Shown in pieces: positions 1 to 12,791 of a stretch of DNA of 64,000 bases. The position numbers were made by a program, and so were the translations under genes. Position 1 is the stretch's first letter. Every line of letters begins with the position of its first letter. Source of the DNA: Lama glama (lineage: Eukaryota); contig CM052817.1 of the NCBI GenBank assembly GCA_028534125.1, positions 82,214,001 to 82,278,000 on the forward strand, in the 5' to 3' direction. The notes below the pieces were generated by a model that made no database searches, was not told where the DNA came from, and worked only from the letters and a program-made list of their open reading frames with translations.

Positions 1-757
1 AGGTGTATGTCAGTTATGCATTCAACAGTTGATTAAATTCTTAACATGGCAACCAAAAGAGCGAGCGAATAAGGATGTGCTTGTATTTCTGCTGCTAAAT
101 TCAGGATGCCTCCAATATTGGTTTCACACTTTGGAGAAGGACTTGGGGACCCAAGTGTTGCTCCCTTTTCTCTTCTTTCTTAGTGACTGCTGCCCCAGAG
201 GATCAAGGGGCATGATGCTTACCACATTTAAATGTTTAATGGCACTCTGGAGTTTCCTTGCAATTTACACTTTAGAAAGCATAGCACTCTTGTAAATTTT
301 AGAACTTACAAGTGTCCCTTTCCCCACAGGAGCCACTAATCTCACAGGAAGGGAAGGGGGGTGGAATCTCACACAGTTTAGAGATTTACAAGTCTGTGGT
401 GAAGTCTGGGGTGTAAATTGCTGAAAAACCCAAGGGCATATTTAAATATTTAAAGTTAAGAGACACCTAGGTGTTCCTCCTGTTTGAAACTAATTAGATT
501 GGGAGTTAGAAGGCGGAATAAGAAGATGCCTGGCCTTATCCCAAGATTTAAGCCTTCTGCCAAAAAGAAAGGGAGAGTTCGTTAAGCTATCCAAGTCATA
601 TTTTGTATCAGGCATTTAAGTTAGAGACAGAAGATTCTCAGAGCAGGCAGAACTTCTAAATTACATGAATGATTAATAAGAACAAAAACCTTACCTCTAG
701 AATTTGAAAATCTTCAATATTTAAGTGCTGTGATTGTGGCTTTCATAAATTATAGAA

Positions 758-905
758 GTGGCTATATAAATTTATCATCTGTATTGAGACACTACTAAAA
801 ATTAACAATTATGCTAGGACATCAAAATTATTATGACTAGTAATGATTACGACAGCATAAGAGGTAAAAACTGGGACTGCCCAGTGAAGACTGAGACATA
901 AAAAT
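758..905 (+). mobile_element. MER94-like hAT DNA transposon fossil (degraded)
   Basis: tatataaatttatcatc...aattatgctaggaca...taaaaactgggactgcccag resembles the recalled MER94 consensus; similar to the copy at 11273-11384. Confidence 0.45.
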
Positions 906-1234
906 GTTTCCTTATTAGGTTACACTTAGGAAGACATGGAAAGAATATTTATTAGTTACATTTTCTCTTTTCTAAGATAATAATGATGATTAGGTATTTT
1001 AGAATCTCAAGATATACTTAAATTTTATAGCATAACAATTTAGGACTTTAAAATCTTCCATTTTTATTGCCTGTTAACTGACTATGTCTTACTGGACATT
1101 TCAGAGTAGACATCTTCCTTTTTAAGCTAGACATATTAGAATGGTGCCAAAAGGTCATTTTGTCACGTAACCCAATCAGAATCAGAGAATTCAGTGGCCT
1201 CAGACAAAGGTTTCAGCCCCAGAGAATTGTACAG

Positions 1235-1470
1235 TCCAGCAACTAAGAGCATTTGGAAGCATAAAGCCCTAGGTTTGAATCTCATCTTTGTCACTTAAGA
1301 GCTGTATGACCTGTGCAAATTATTTTGTTTCCTCATCTATAAAATTGAGATGATAATAATATCACTTATCTCTGAATTAAATGAATTGTTGTGTCAAATG
1401 AATAAGAACAAACAGAACACAGCATTGTGCCTATCTCCAAGTTAATGTTCAATGAATGTAGGTATTGCTA
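1235..1470 (+). mobile_element. MIR SINE
   Basis: Core motifs cctaggtttgaatctc...tcacttaagagctgtatgacct and tgtttcctcatctataaaattgagatgataata; tail gttcaatgaatgtaggtatt. Confidence 0.8.
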
Positions 1471-2157
1471 TTTTGTATTTGTTTTTAATGACATTTAAAA
1501 AATCTCAATCAATATTATTCATAATTCTAGTTTAAAAAATTAAACCTTACTAATAAGCATACACTGAAAAACAACAGTCCTCTGCTCAAACCTTCCTCAT
1601 CCTTGATTCACCCTCCTTTGATACTTTTGTTGTTTCTTCTCATATGTCTCTTCTCACTTCTAAATAATGCACTTATATTTCAATTTCTTGATTTGTCAAT
1701 TTTAGACATTTTTCTATTACCTTTTTTCAGCCCCATATTTTACTTTATGATCTCTAGTTTCTAATTCTCCCATCCCATATTTTCTGTATTTGTGTGGCTG
1801 AATTGGCTTGCCTTTCATTGGTATTCTTCATTACATATATCATATTGATACTCAGTTATTATCTATTTTTTCATTCATATATTTCTATATCTTTACTGTC
1901 ATTGCATTGGTGTCATGACAGACAGGAAACAGTAATGTGTTCAATTCAACCACATTCAACTAAGAATACCTTTGTTGATATTATTCACCATTCTTCCCTA
2001 AAAACTTTATTTCCACTGATAGTTAATGGTATATATGTTTCAGGTATACTGACATCACCTAGACGTCAGTTGTATTTGTGACTGTTTTGTGTTACACACT
2101 TCCACTTTTATAAACTATTATTTTTTGTAAGTTTTAAAATTTTCTATCTTTACTTTC

Positions 2158-2594
2158 TATAGTAGATTGAGCAGTGTCACCCCTCCCCTCAATTCACATC
2201 CACAGGAACCTCAGAATGTGACTTTATTTAGAAATAGGGACTTTGCAGATGTAATTAAGGGAAGGATAAAGATGAGAGCATACTGGATAAGCATGAGTCC
2301 AAAATCCAAAAAATGTCCTTATAAGACATAAAAGGACACACAGAGGACACAAGGAAGAAAGCCAAATGAAGAATGAGGCAGAGGTTGGAATTAAGCTGTT
2401 ACAACCCAGAGAAGCCACAAGGAGCTGAGAAAGGAAGGAAAGGATTCTGTTTTAGAGCTTTCAGAGGGAGTGTGGCTCCGCTGACATCTTGACTTTGGAC
2501 TTCTGGTCTCCAGAACTGGGAGAGAAAAAATTTCTGTTTTTATGAGCCAACAAGTTTGTCAGAATTTGTTACAGCAGCACAGGAAACTAATACG
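2158..2594 (+). mobile_element. MaLR solo LTR (MLT1B/C type)
   Basis: gaacctcagaatgtgactttatttagaaatagggactttgcagatgtaattaag; ttggacttctggtctccagaact; ends ggaaactaatac; 5-bp TSD ctttc (2153-2157) / ctctc (2595-2599). Confidence 0.9.
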
Positions 2595-5534
2595 CTCTCC
2601 AATCCACAAAAATAGCATTACTTCAAATACAACTTCTCTCTCATTTGAACATCTCAACCTTTTCTCCAGTCAATTTTCCTCTCCAGTGAATTCTCTGTGC
2701 TGTTTACAATGACACTGGCCCTTTGTTATCTGCCTTTTTAATCTTTCATTTTGACCAGGCTAGCCTCATTTATGGTGACCTCCTCTTTTGCTAGAGGTCA
2801 CTTAAAACTGCCTTAGATTAAGACTAAGACACTTAATCAAAATGACTCTGACTGGATTTCCTCTCCTTTGAATTATCTGTTTTTCTTCCCACTAATTACA
2901 CATCTCTTGAAATTCTTTGATGTCTCAAGAAGTTGACCCAACTTACTAATGAGAGGAGATGGTATATATCCAGTCTAAACATGAAATTGTTCATCATATC
3001 ATAAAAGTTATATCTGGCTTACTTTTACACATAAGACAAATACTTGTATATATTTCCATGTTAATGTCTCTAGTTACTTTATATTTTAGATTATTAATGT
3101 TGTAATATCCATATTGTAAACAGTTAAGAGTAAAATTATTAACTTCACATTTTAAATTCTTTCTAATGAGCTAATAATAAACCATAAGATGACTTGTTTT
3201 ATAGATGCTAATAAAAAACATTGAAAAAGTACATATAATTTTCCAGATAAATCTCAGGTTTTTTTGTTTGCAACAGCACAAATCAGAGCTAATGGCACTA
3301 GAATAATTAAAGTAAGCAATTATAAATCACTTTAACAATAAAAGTGCCACGCAAATGTTCAGAAATAACTATTCTCTCTAGACACAAAAAATCATGCGTA
3401 TTTCAAAACTTTATTTTAGTGAAACAAAGAGATATGTTATGTTACTAATGAGGTTATACTAGATTATTTGTTATTAAAGGAGCTAGAAATAGCTAGAAAT
3501 GACTAGAATTACATTCTTTAATTTTTAAATTAGTTTCAGTGGAAGAATAAGAATTCCCAAATGTTTGTGATGCTATTAAAACAGTAATATATGGTGAGTT
3601 TTTGTATAAGTGAACTTTTTTTAATAGAGCAAAATACTCTATATTAGACAAAAATGCAATGATTCTCATATATGGGCATTTAATTTCTTTTGTTGAGAAA
3701 ATGTTTGTTTTAAAAATTAAATTGGTAATCAGTTGGTAAGGTTTTTGACCCCCCCAATGTCAGAGCAAAGAATATAATAAATCGGAAACCTCACATTTAT
3801 TCATATTTTACTGATAAATCCAATCCAAAATTCTGGAATCCATCCAGTTGAGGGAATTCTGGAATGTACCATACGACAGTTGAGCTTCTTGCATATAGGA
3901 GAAGATAGGCAGAAAAGTTTAAAAACCCAGGCAAGGTGTTTTTAAAGCATAAGGTTTTGACATGCTCCTGAATTATAACAGGCTCATTACATATTTAAGT
4001 ATGCTGGATGTCTACAACTTTAAAGTGTTTAAGAGTACAGAAGTACATTCCAGGAAATTACATTTCAGGACAAAGTAGACTTTTCATTGCTAAATTTATC
4101 TAGCAATGAAAATTCTAATCAGTTTGGTGACCTAGGTCTTTTACAAAATGAGCCAAATATTTAGATCAGAACTGCCCTGATGTAGATTAATTCTGTCATA
4201 TCTAGTATTTTCAGTATGTCTCTTACTACAAATAATCACTCACTTTCTAATATCTAACGCAATTTTAGCCCATATACACAAAGCTCCTCTTCATCACCAT
4301 ACTCCCCCACTCCCTCTGTCAATAGTATAAGAAAGGCCATGAAATTAAATACAAAGCAAAATAAAACATAGAGCTCTGAAAGCACATCTGTGCTCCAATT
4401 TGGAAGAAAGGAACTCTCAAGCAGGAAAGTGCCAAATCTCATCTAAGTTCACATGCATAACTATCTCACTTTATTTATTTCATTTTTCTTTTTTTCATGT
4501 AAAATTTGCCACATTCTTTGAAATTGTACCATTTGGATATTAATTGTGATTAACAAGCTCCTCTTTGGAAAATGCTAATAGTTTTGAAAGAAGAAAAGTG
4601 TTGAAAATCTTTCCCAGATGAATGTGATTTAATTTAGCCATTTCCCATTTTATTTATTCAATGCACATTGTTTATTGTCATGCTCTGCTCCAAGCACTTT
4701 AGGGGAATAGAGGGAAATGATCTGTTTCTGAGTGCAGTGTTGAAGCTCAGCAATGAGGACCTGCAACAGCACATTGGCCCTGTGCACATTCTAACACTGT
4801 GGGTCATCATCTATCACAATCTTCCAATACATTCAGGTGTATCCATCGTCAGATAATACTTAAGATAATTAATACATATATGGTTTTAAAACACTTTCAA
4901 GCTTTTTTTCCCCACTTTTCTTTCTGCCTTTATTTTACAAAATAGAAAATGTTTTAATATTAACTGTATTTCATAAATGGGCAACCTATGGCTCTGGAGA
5001 CTATATAGACGATATGTTTGGAAGCCAGATTTTCTCATGCCAATTGTAGTGATTTTTCTCTGAGTTCTTCTAACTCTAAACTATGCCTTCAGATTCTGAG
5101 ACTGGACATATCCCTACACATAGGAGAAAATGAACTGCTAGAAACAACAGACCAATGACGGTATCAAATCAGTCTTGCAATGGTGGCTTCTAGTACCTCC
5201 AAAGCTGCATTCACTTCTCTGTTCTTTGCATTCTGCTATTTACCTCAAGTCTTCTGGGGTTGGATTCCTGCCCCTCAAATTTGGATTCTAGTATTTTTTT
5301 GCTTAAACATTAATAATGCCATTTTCTCTTGTTCATCTTTCAATATCTAATTTTGAATTCCTGCTCCTTTAATTGTTGATACTTGTCCACTTCTTCAATG
5401 CAGAAACACTCATGTTCAGCTTGAACACAGATACTTTTGGGTCAAAGCATTCATACATTTCTTTATTCTTTTTCCATGGATTTTTCTCCTGGTATTCCTA
5501 TTTGATAATCTTTAAAATAGTTAATCTCCATTTT

Positions 5535-5648
5535 CTCTAGCCTAAACTCTTTGATGCAGAAATTGTTCTTGTTTATCTTGTGTGTCCATCCTCTAGTATA
5601 GTGTTTGGCACAAAACTGATGCTCCAATACTTATTTTTTTTAATTAAT
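5535..5648 (+). mobile_element. L2 LINE 3' end fragment
   Basis: ttcttgtttatcttgtgtgtcc...ctagtatagtgtttggcacaaaactgatgctccaatacttatt matches the L2 3' terminus pattern. Confidence 0.6.
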
Positions 5649-5659
5649 CGTAGTAACAA

Positions 5660-5911
5660 CACAACAACAGCTAAAGTTTCCATATTGTTTATATGTTGTC
5701 AATCATTGTTCTAAAAGCTTGAAATACAGTCTTCAATCTATCTTCATAAAAACTTTATGAGCTAATTACTAGCACTATCTCCATTTTATAGATAAGTACA
5801 CAAAGACACACGGTGATTAAGTAAATTGCTTAAGGTCACAAAATACATTAGTGGCAGAACCAGGATTTGGGGCCCAGAAGTCTGGTTCCAGAGTCTGTGA
5901 TCTTAACCACT
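5660..5911 (-). mobile_element. MIR SINE (near full length)
   Basis: tatctccattttatagataag...ttaagtaaattgcttaaggtcaca...agtggcagaaccaggattt...tctggttccagagtctgtgatcttaaccact. Confidence 0.88.
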
Positions 5912-7214
5912 TTGAAAATGAAGGAATGAATGTTTACATGTTGACCTTTCTTTTAGTCCTAGGACTCTGACCACATTTAATGGACCACTCCAGTGCATGT
6001 GAATGGATGCACACTTGAAGGTAGAAAAGAAGCACAGAGGCAAAGATGCTGACCTAAAGGAAAAACTCCCCTGTCACTAACTAGTGTTGTACTTGACTCT
6101 ACTTGTCCCTTCTCCCTCCTCTTGGTCCTTGATTCCTATAATCCATCACTTAGGTTATGTATTTCCAAAACACACGAGGTCTGTACTAGGCAAACCTAGA
6201 AAACTAACATTGTTTTAAGAGAAAATTCATTTTGAGTTCAAAAACATTCATAAATAAATTTTCAATGTCACATGTTCTCAAGTTAAGTCCTTGCCTGCAT
6301 AAACACACACACACAGCATACAATCTTATTGTTTCTTTTGAATTAGGAAGTCCTTCTTGCCATTTACAAACATGGTTTCCCTTTCCCAAACAAAAATTTC
6401 TATTACATAACTTTACTCTGAAAGTTTATAGCTAATAAATTGATTCAATACTGAGCTATTTATAGAAAGAGACATCTAATAAAACCCAGCAAGAGCAAAG
6501 GAAGCAAAGCCTCTGAAAGTGAAATGAGATCATGAATGTCTTCCCTATAGACATTAATGAGGACAGTGAATGGGAGTGTGGTATTTGGGCCATCTGGTGA
6601 AATACTGGGAACTTGTAATTAAATTTTTTCTTTTTGCTATCACAGAGGAAAAATAAAACATTTATATTGGGCTGAATCTGCTGGGCTCTAGAGGCTAAAC
6701 TGGATTTGTAATTTTTTTTTTAAATTTTGGTGATGATGATGTTGGTACTAATTTCATGTTGGTTTTTAAATCCTCAAGGCCAAACACAGTGGACTTATAT
6801 AATCTTTGTCACCATTTAGAATCTGTTTGTTTGTAGTGATCCACACAGGAGAATGATAGCAGGAACATATTTGGAGGCTTTTCAGTGTAGACATTGTTCT
6901 GTAATATATAATAGGAATTAAAATTTATTATGCATTCTGTATAATAACACAGTCACCTGTCACAAGTATGCTTAAGGCTGTAGATCACTAAATATACCAC
7001 ATTGACTACAAAGGCATAAATCTTCAAGGGTCTATAAATCAGTTGCATAGCCAGGCATTTGGTAATAAAGAAAATCCATTTGTAGAGGAAAAAATGCAAA
7101 AGGAAAACAGCTCATTCATAACCATACAAAGACATGATTCGATTATTATCATAAAGTGTCTAATGATGTTTGCTTTGAAAGTAAAATGAGAAAAGCTACA
7201 TAATATCTTCCTCT

Positions 7215-7408
7215 GGATCCAGACTACCAGGGTCAGTTTCTTTCATTTGTTATGATTATACTATAAGCAAATAACTATCTCTCTGTGCCTTAGCTCTTCC
7301 AAAAATCTGGAAATGGTGAGGAAGTATGAGGATTAATCAAGATAATATTTGCATAATGCATAGAACAAAGCCTGGGAAAAATAAGTCTTCCTTAAGTGTT
7401 AGTTATGG
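7215..7408 (+). mobile_element. MIR SINE fragment
   Basis: aagcaaataactatctctctgtgccttag...tatgaggattaatcaagataat...aagtgttagttat. Confidence 0.6.
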
Positions 7409-8702
7409 GATAGTTTTTTTTCTTAGAATTAGACATAATATAACAACTATAGTTCTAAAAATTCTGAAAATAGAAATCAACTACTCATAGCTTAATTTCT
7501 TGAATATTGCATCAGAAACTAGAACTTTTGAATACCTCCAAATTAGCATGAAATCCTTTGATTCAAAAGGTGCACTGGCATGTTTAAACTATGTCTTTAA
7601 AATTTATCAATTACTAAGTTTTCTACTTGTTAGTATTATTTTCCATTTATATAAGTTAAGACACTTAGAAAAATGATAAAACATAGATCTTCCCGTTTTT
7701 ACAGATTTAGTGGGCATCGGTTAATCCTGGAGGGACTTTAGGGATGGTGGGTAATAAATGTTCTATTAATTTTGTCATTGAGGATATGAACTACTGAGTA
7801 AAGATGCAGTGAATTTTAAACAGATCCACTAGCCAAAAATACAAACACACACACACTGGACATATATTCCATGTATTCGTATATGGTAGCAGAAATTCAA
7901 TGACATGATAAACATATTCAGACATCTGAAAGGAGTCCTCAGAATTGCAAAGTTATTATTGGTGTTATAGCCACTGGCCTGTTGGACTCTTAAGGATTAG
8001 AAAATGGGAGTGGAAGCAAGGAGACTGGCTCCTCCTGAAAGGAAAGCATGAAGATTTCTCTGAATTTTGACATGGTTCTCCCTATTCAGTCTCAGTGGTC
8101 AAAGCCAGAGACTGAGGGAAAAACAGATTTCTTCTACTTAAACTGTGAAAGGATGATTTAAAAAGGGCTATTGACTTGCTGCTGGGTATATGGCATCACA
8201 GAAAGCTGCTGACCTAAGGAAACAGAGATACAAAGGCACAACCTTTGACCAAGTACTGAGCCCAGCTGCCAGCTGGTTCTGTGATTGAATTTCTGATATC
8301 CAGGATATCTTCATGAAATGGAAACTGCCAAATGCCATTTTAATGAATGCATCTGGTCTGTGCTAGAAGAAAGCAATCTCAAAACTGCAGAAATGCTAGA
8401 GAGGGAAGAAAATAATGAAAACACAAAATAAAATCAAAGGAAAACAAACAAACACATACATACATGCACACACACACACTCACCAATAACAACAACAAAA
8501 CAAAATCAAAATTGCCGAAAAGTTCCCATTTAAAGTATGCCTACAAGATAAAATTTCAAGAAATTAAATAATAAAAAAGATAGCATCAAATCAAGTAATG
8601 AAATTCATATTCACTCCAAGAGAAATTTATGTTAGAAAATTTAAAATAATTGGAGTTTGGATGCTCAAAAAGAGTCATACTACATATTAAAAATTATACA
8701 AA

Positions 8703-8801
8703 GTGAGGTGGATAAAGCTCAGTGGTAGGGCACATGTTTAGCATGCATGGGGTCCTGGGTTCAACATCAGTACCTCCATTAAATAAGTTAATTAATTAAT
8801 T
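8703..8801 (+). mobile_element. Simple tRNA-Ala(AGC)-derived SINE (camelid vic-1 type)
   Basis: agctcagtggtagggcacatgtttagcatgcatggggtcctgggttcaacatcagtacctcca is a diverged tRNA-Ala with A and B boxes; followed by an AT tail; TSD aattataca at 8692-8700 and 8802-8810. Confidence 0.88.
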
Positions 8802-10299
8802 AATTATACATATGTAACTAAAATCAGCTATCATAAATAAGAATGGTAGATATGCAAAACAATCAATTAATAACTAAGAAATAGTTTCATCAAAATTGTA
8901 ATTATTGAAAGGATAAACTTTGTGTGACTCATATATAAAAGTTAACCCCAAAGGAGCATAGAGCAAAAAAAATTTAATATGTAAAAAATTTATATATGTG
9001 ATGTATAGTTACAGATTTCCCATCAGAAATATGAGAGATTTAAATGAAGAAGATAATGAAGAATCAATATTTGAAGGGGATTAACCAGGATGGTTCCAGA
9101 ACTGATGAAGTTTTCTGAGATACAAAATTCAGTGCAAGTTCCAGGCAGAAATAAATAAATAAATAAACATAACCTTACATCTGGTCATATCAGAGTGAAA
9201 CTGAAGAATAGCAAAGCTGAAATGAATAACTGACAAATTTATGGTAGAAAATATGCTGCAGACTTTGCACCACCAATGAGTGCATCTTCAATGTACTGAG
9301 GGTAATAATTGTCACCTAAAATTTTAATATTTAGTGGCTATATCACACAAGGTGAAAGCAAAATAAAACTAGTTTTGGACTAAAACAAAAGATTTTAAAG
9401 CTTAAAATCTGACTATATTACTTTCAAGTAGTTTCTTTTGAAATAAGCTAGAATCATAAGGGTATGAATGTAAGAAACAAAATTGAACAAAGTAATTGAT
9501 AGGAATATGGTTAATAAATCCAACTGTTTAACATAAAATTAATATTTTTGAGTTTGGTTTAATAAAAGTAAAAAAACCGAGACTTTCTATTATATAAATA
9601 AGATGAAAGTGATGATAGGGAATTTAGAGGGTACTTAAACATGCTAAAGTCATGTATACTTGTTAGGTTACTTATGTAATTATGTTTTAAAAGATATTCA
9701 AAAATAGTAAGAATAATGTCTGTTTCCTCAATATGACCTGAAGGTAATAAATGTGGACACTTTCTCAATACAACAGAAGGCACAAAAATGGAAAAAGTGA
9801 AAAAAGGAAAAAAACAGCAATCAAAAATGATCATAAAGTAAAGACACTTAGATAATTATAAAAATTAGGAATGGTCAATATAATCTATAGAAATAGAGAC
9901 TAGCAGATTAGTTAAATAAAGCAAAATCAAGCTTAATGATTTAAGAACATTCTTTTCTAATCTCCTAATTTATAGAGCTTGAGGGGAAAAAATGATGAAA
10001 ATCCATGGAACATACAAAGTCTACTCAAAAGAAAACTGGTAGAAAATTAGAATATCAGACAAGATACAGTTAACAGAAAATGTGCTAATATTTATAAAAA
10101 GTGGACAAAAGATAAGCTATCAAGAAAATATATTGAAAAGCATAGTCTAAATATATATAAATATAAACAAAATATATCTTTGGAACTATAAAAATAATAA
10201 AAAAAGAAATTGATAAATTCATAAGCACAATGGAAAAGAACTCAATACACTTGTTTGAGAAACTGGTGAATGAAATAAAAATTTTTTTAACAAAAATAT

Positions 10300-10740
10300 T
10301 CTTTCCAATATTAAATTGTTGAGTTATCTATAGTTAATCAACATCTTTGCTCACAATTGCTATGTTTATCCCCTATCTTTCTTCTCTAATTACAGTTGAC
10401 TCTTGAACAACAGGAGCTGGGGTTATTAGAGGTATCAAAAACCCCATATAATTTTACAGTAGACTCTCTGTATCCACAGTTCCATGGATTCAACCAACCA
10501 CAGACCATGTAGTACAATTCTTGAAAAAAAATCCCCAGATAAGTAGACTCACAAAGTTTAAACCCTTATTGTTCAAAAGTTAACTGTACTTTATTTCAGA
10601 AGATCATGCCTTAAAATACATTTAATTGAAGGTCTGCTGGTTATAAATCCTATGGTTATTTTATGTACGAAGGTGACTTTTTTTTCTTACTCTTGAGTAA
10701 TAAGTTCACCTAACATTTTTTTTTTAAGTTCACCTAATAT
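10300..10740 (-). mobile_element. Antisense fragment of a second old L1 (end of ORF1) nested in the sense L1
   Basis: gaaggtctgctggttataaatcc...tttttttcttactcttgag is the reverse complement of the ORF1 C-terminal REFITSRP region; the host L1 has its own copy of the adjoining region at ~9300-9400. Confidence 0.55.
10393..10586. mobile_element. Tigger2-family MITE (MER8/Tigger2a-like)
   Basis: TIRs cagttgactcttgaacaa / ttgttcaaaagttaactg (16/18 complementary); TA duplications at 10391-10392 and 10587-10588. Confidence 0.9.
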
Positions 10741-11272
10741 TAAACTTTAAAAATTAGCTTTTAACAGGAAAATTATCAAGACAGTTGTAATAGATTAATG
10801 CTCAGATACACAAGGAACAATTAAATAAACTGACTATTTGGTCATAAGAAAAATTTTAACAAATTTTAAAGAATTAATATCATGCTGAATATGTTCTCTA
10901 CTTATAAGGAAATTAAATTAGAAACAAGCAATACAAAAATCATATATGTGTTAGGAAACTTTAAAATTCACACTCAAATAATTTATGAATCAAAGAAGAA
11001 ATCTTATGAAAAGTACCATATTTCTAGAAGTGAATGGCAATGGAAAGAGCATATTAAACTTGTAAGAAGCAGTTAACTGATTCTTAAAGTAATTTGTAAC
11101 AAGAAGCTGAAACAATGATTTTATATATATTTGTTGGGTTTTCTTTGTCATTTTTGATAAAATGTATGTTTTTATTTCCAGTTTTATTGAAAATGAAGTT
11201 TGATAAGTCTGTCTCTTCAATTAAATTTCTTTCCTGGAGAACAAAGGTAAATTTCAGGGATGCCTTATAAGG

Positions 11273-11384
11273 AGGGTGCTCTATAATTTATCATCCTAGC
11301 TAGGATGCTCTTGAGACTGAAAGGAAAAACTGTTAATAATTACACTGAGACAACAGGAATGATCTGACATTTATGACCATCCTG
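11273..11384 (+). mobile_element. MER94 hAT DNA transposon fossil
   Basis: agggtgctctataatttatcatcc...ttgagactgaaagg...ttaataattacactgagacaacagg...tatgaccatcctg. Confidence 0.75.
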
Positions 11385-12791
11385 TTTCTCACTCTCATAG
11401 GTAGAATTTAGAATATTTTATTTCCAGAAATTCATGTTGTTTACTTTGTTTAAAATCACGCCATCTATTTCAAGGGTCAACATCAGTATAATTTTATGTT
11501 TAGAACAAAAGTGTTACCACTCTGCTTTTGTTAGCACTTCCAAATTTTGCATAGATGTTAATTTACTTGAAATCTTTGAAATTACTTCCTTCTAGGTCAC
11601 TGTCCACTTGGCCTCAAAAATAAACTCCTTTTTATATACTTTTCTAATCTAAAATTAAAGACTAGATAATTCATATAGTCCTATAAATGAATTATGTTTC
11701 ATTCTGGTATAATAAATGCATCTGAAATTACAAATACTTCAGGGATGAATCTGAAAATCCTAATAAGCAATAATAATCTAAGTTCAGACAGTGTCTTAAT
11801 ACGGTGCAACTCACTCACAGCCTCAAATAATTAGGGAAATTTGACACGAAGGAAGTAGAAGCAAAAACTGTCATTTTGAGTAAAGCATTTTTTCACCTTG
11901 TAAAATTGCCAGGCAGCCTACTCAATTCCCAGCTTACATAAATGTTCTAACAATTAAATGTGACTTTGAAGGGTCATTGTCTTTATGCTTTATATTTTTC
12001 CTAGTTTCTAAGCTTGCAGGATGTGAAAATGTATGGATAAGCTGCATTTGTGAATATGTATCACTGATGCCAAAATGCACAGGTATAGATTTTAATCTGA
12101 TTGTCTCCATAGGATATATTCCATCCAAAAGGGTGAAAGTCCCAGAGCTCCTCAGAGATTGCCAAAACCGTCTTCCATTCTCTTGGGGAACCGCATTAAT
12201 CGCTAGGTTGTTGTGAGATGATGAATTCTAAATTTTTTTAGCTCAGAGCTTTTAGAACCCTTTGCTTTCCTTTAATGGTCGAACTGTTTCTTCGAATGAG
12301 ATCTACATATAACTTTTTAATGATTCCTTATTCTCAGTTGCTCTAGGTTTAGCAAGCTGGACCTTCTTAGCAATTTACAACCCCATTTACCCCATTTGAC
12401 TAAAACATTGATACTGCTTCATTCTTCTTTGCACAACAAACAGTTATGCTCCTAAAATGAAGTTTACGTAATGCCATTTCCCCTCTTTAAAATTCTTCTG
12501 ACTTCCCAGAAATAATTCCAAAATTTTCAGGAAAGCAAGATAGCCTGTGATCTGGCAGCAGCTGACCTTTTCTCTTTATTTCCTGCCACATCTTTCCACT
12601 ACCACCACATGTTCCTGACCAAACATATTTCATACAGTTGAAAAAAATTACTCAGTTTTATTCTACTTGTGTAATCTCTCTCCGAGGTAGTCCAGATGCT
12701 CTCTCATATCATCTATGATTTTCCAGTATCTTGGATCTCTTATTTTCAAGATGTTATAATAAATATTTGTTCTAAATTGCAAACAATTTTT

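Larger units (their letters stand above)
7720..11110 (+). mobile_element. Ancient L1 (L1M group) relic: 5' region, ORF1 and ORF2 endonuclease remains, interrupted by younger insertions
   Basis: A-rich sense strand. ~9060-9110 resembles the ORF1 IFEEIMAENFPELM motif; ~10030-10070 resembles KKAGVAILISDKIDF; 10840-10930 resembles GHKTNLNKFKRIEII-SMFSDHNGIKLEI (ORF track 10882 MLNMFSTYKEIKLETSN). Many stops and frameshifts; 5' boundary uncertain. Confidence 0.75.

Noticed and set aside
3829..3884. Imperfect direct repeat aattctggaat...cagttgag x2 as a heat-shock or STAT element
   Set aside because: Only two pentamers per copy and the wrong spacing for GAS; most simply a local duplication.
6587..6600. 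CTCF-like motif (minus strand tcaccagatggccc)
   Set aside because: Partial consensus match only; expected by chance in 64 kb without binding or conservation data.
8703..8778. tRNA-Ala gene
   Set aside because: Degenerate stems and B box, an AT tail and a TSD indicate a SINE copy.
12112..12216. Possible exon after the acceptor-like ttgtctccatag
   Set aside because: No convincing donor; all frames stop shortly and none is recognisable.
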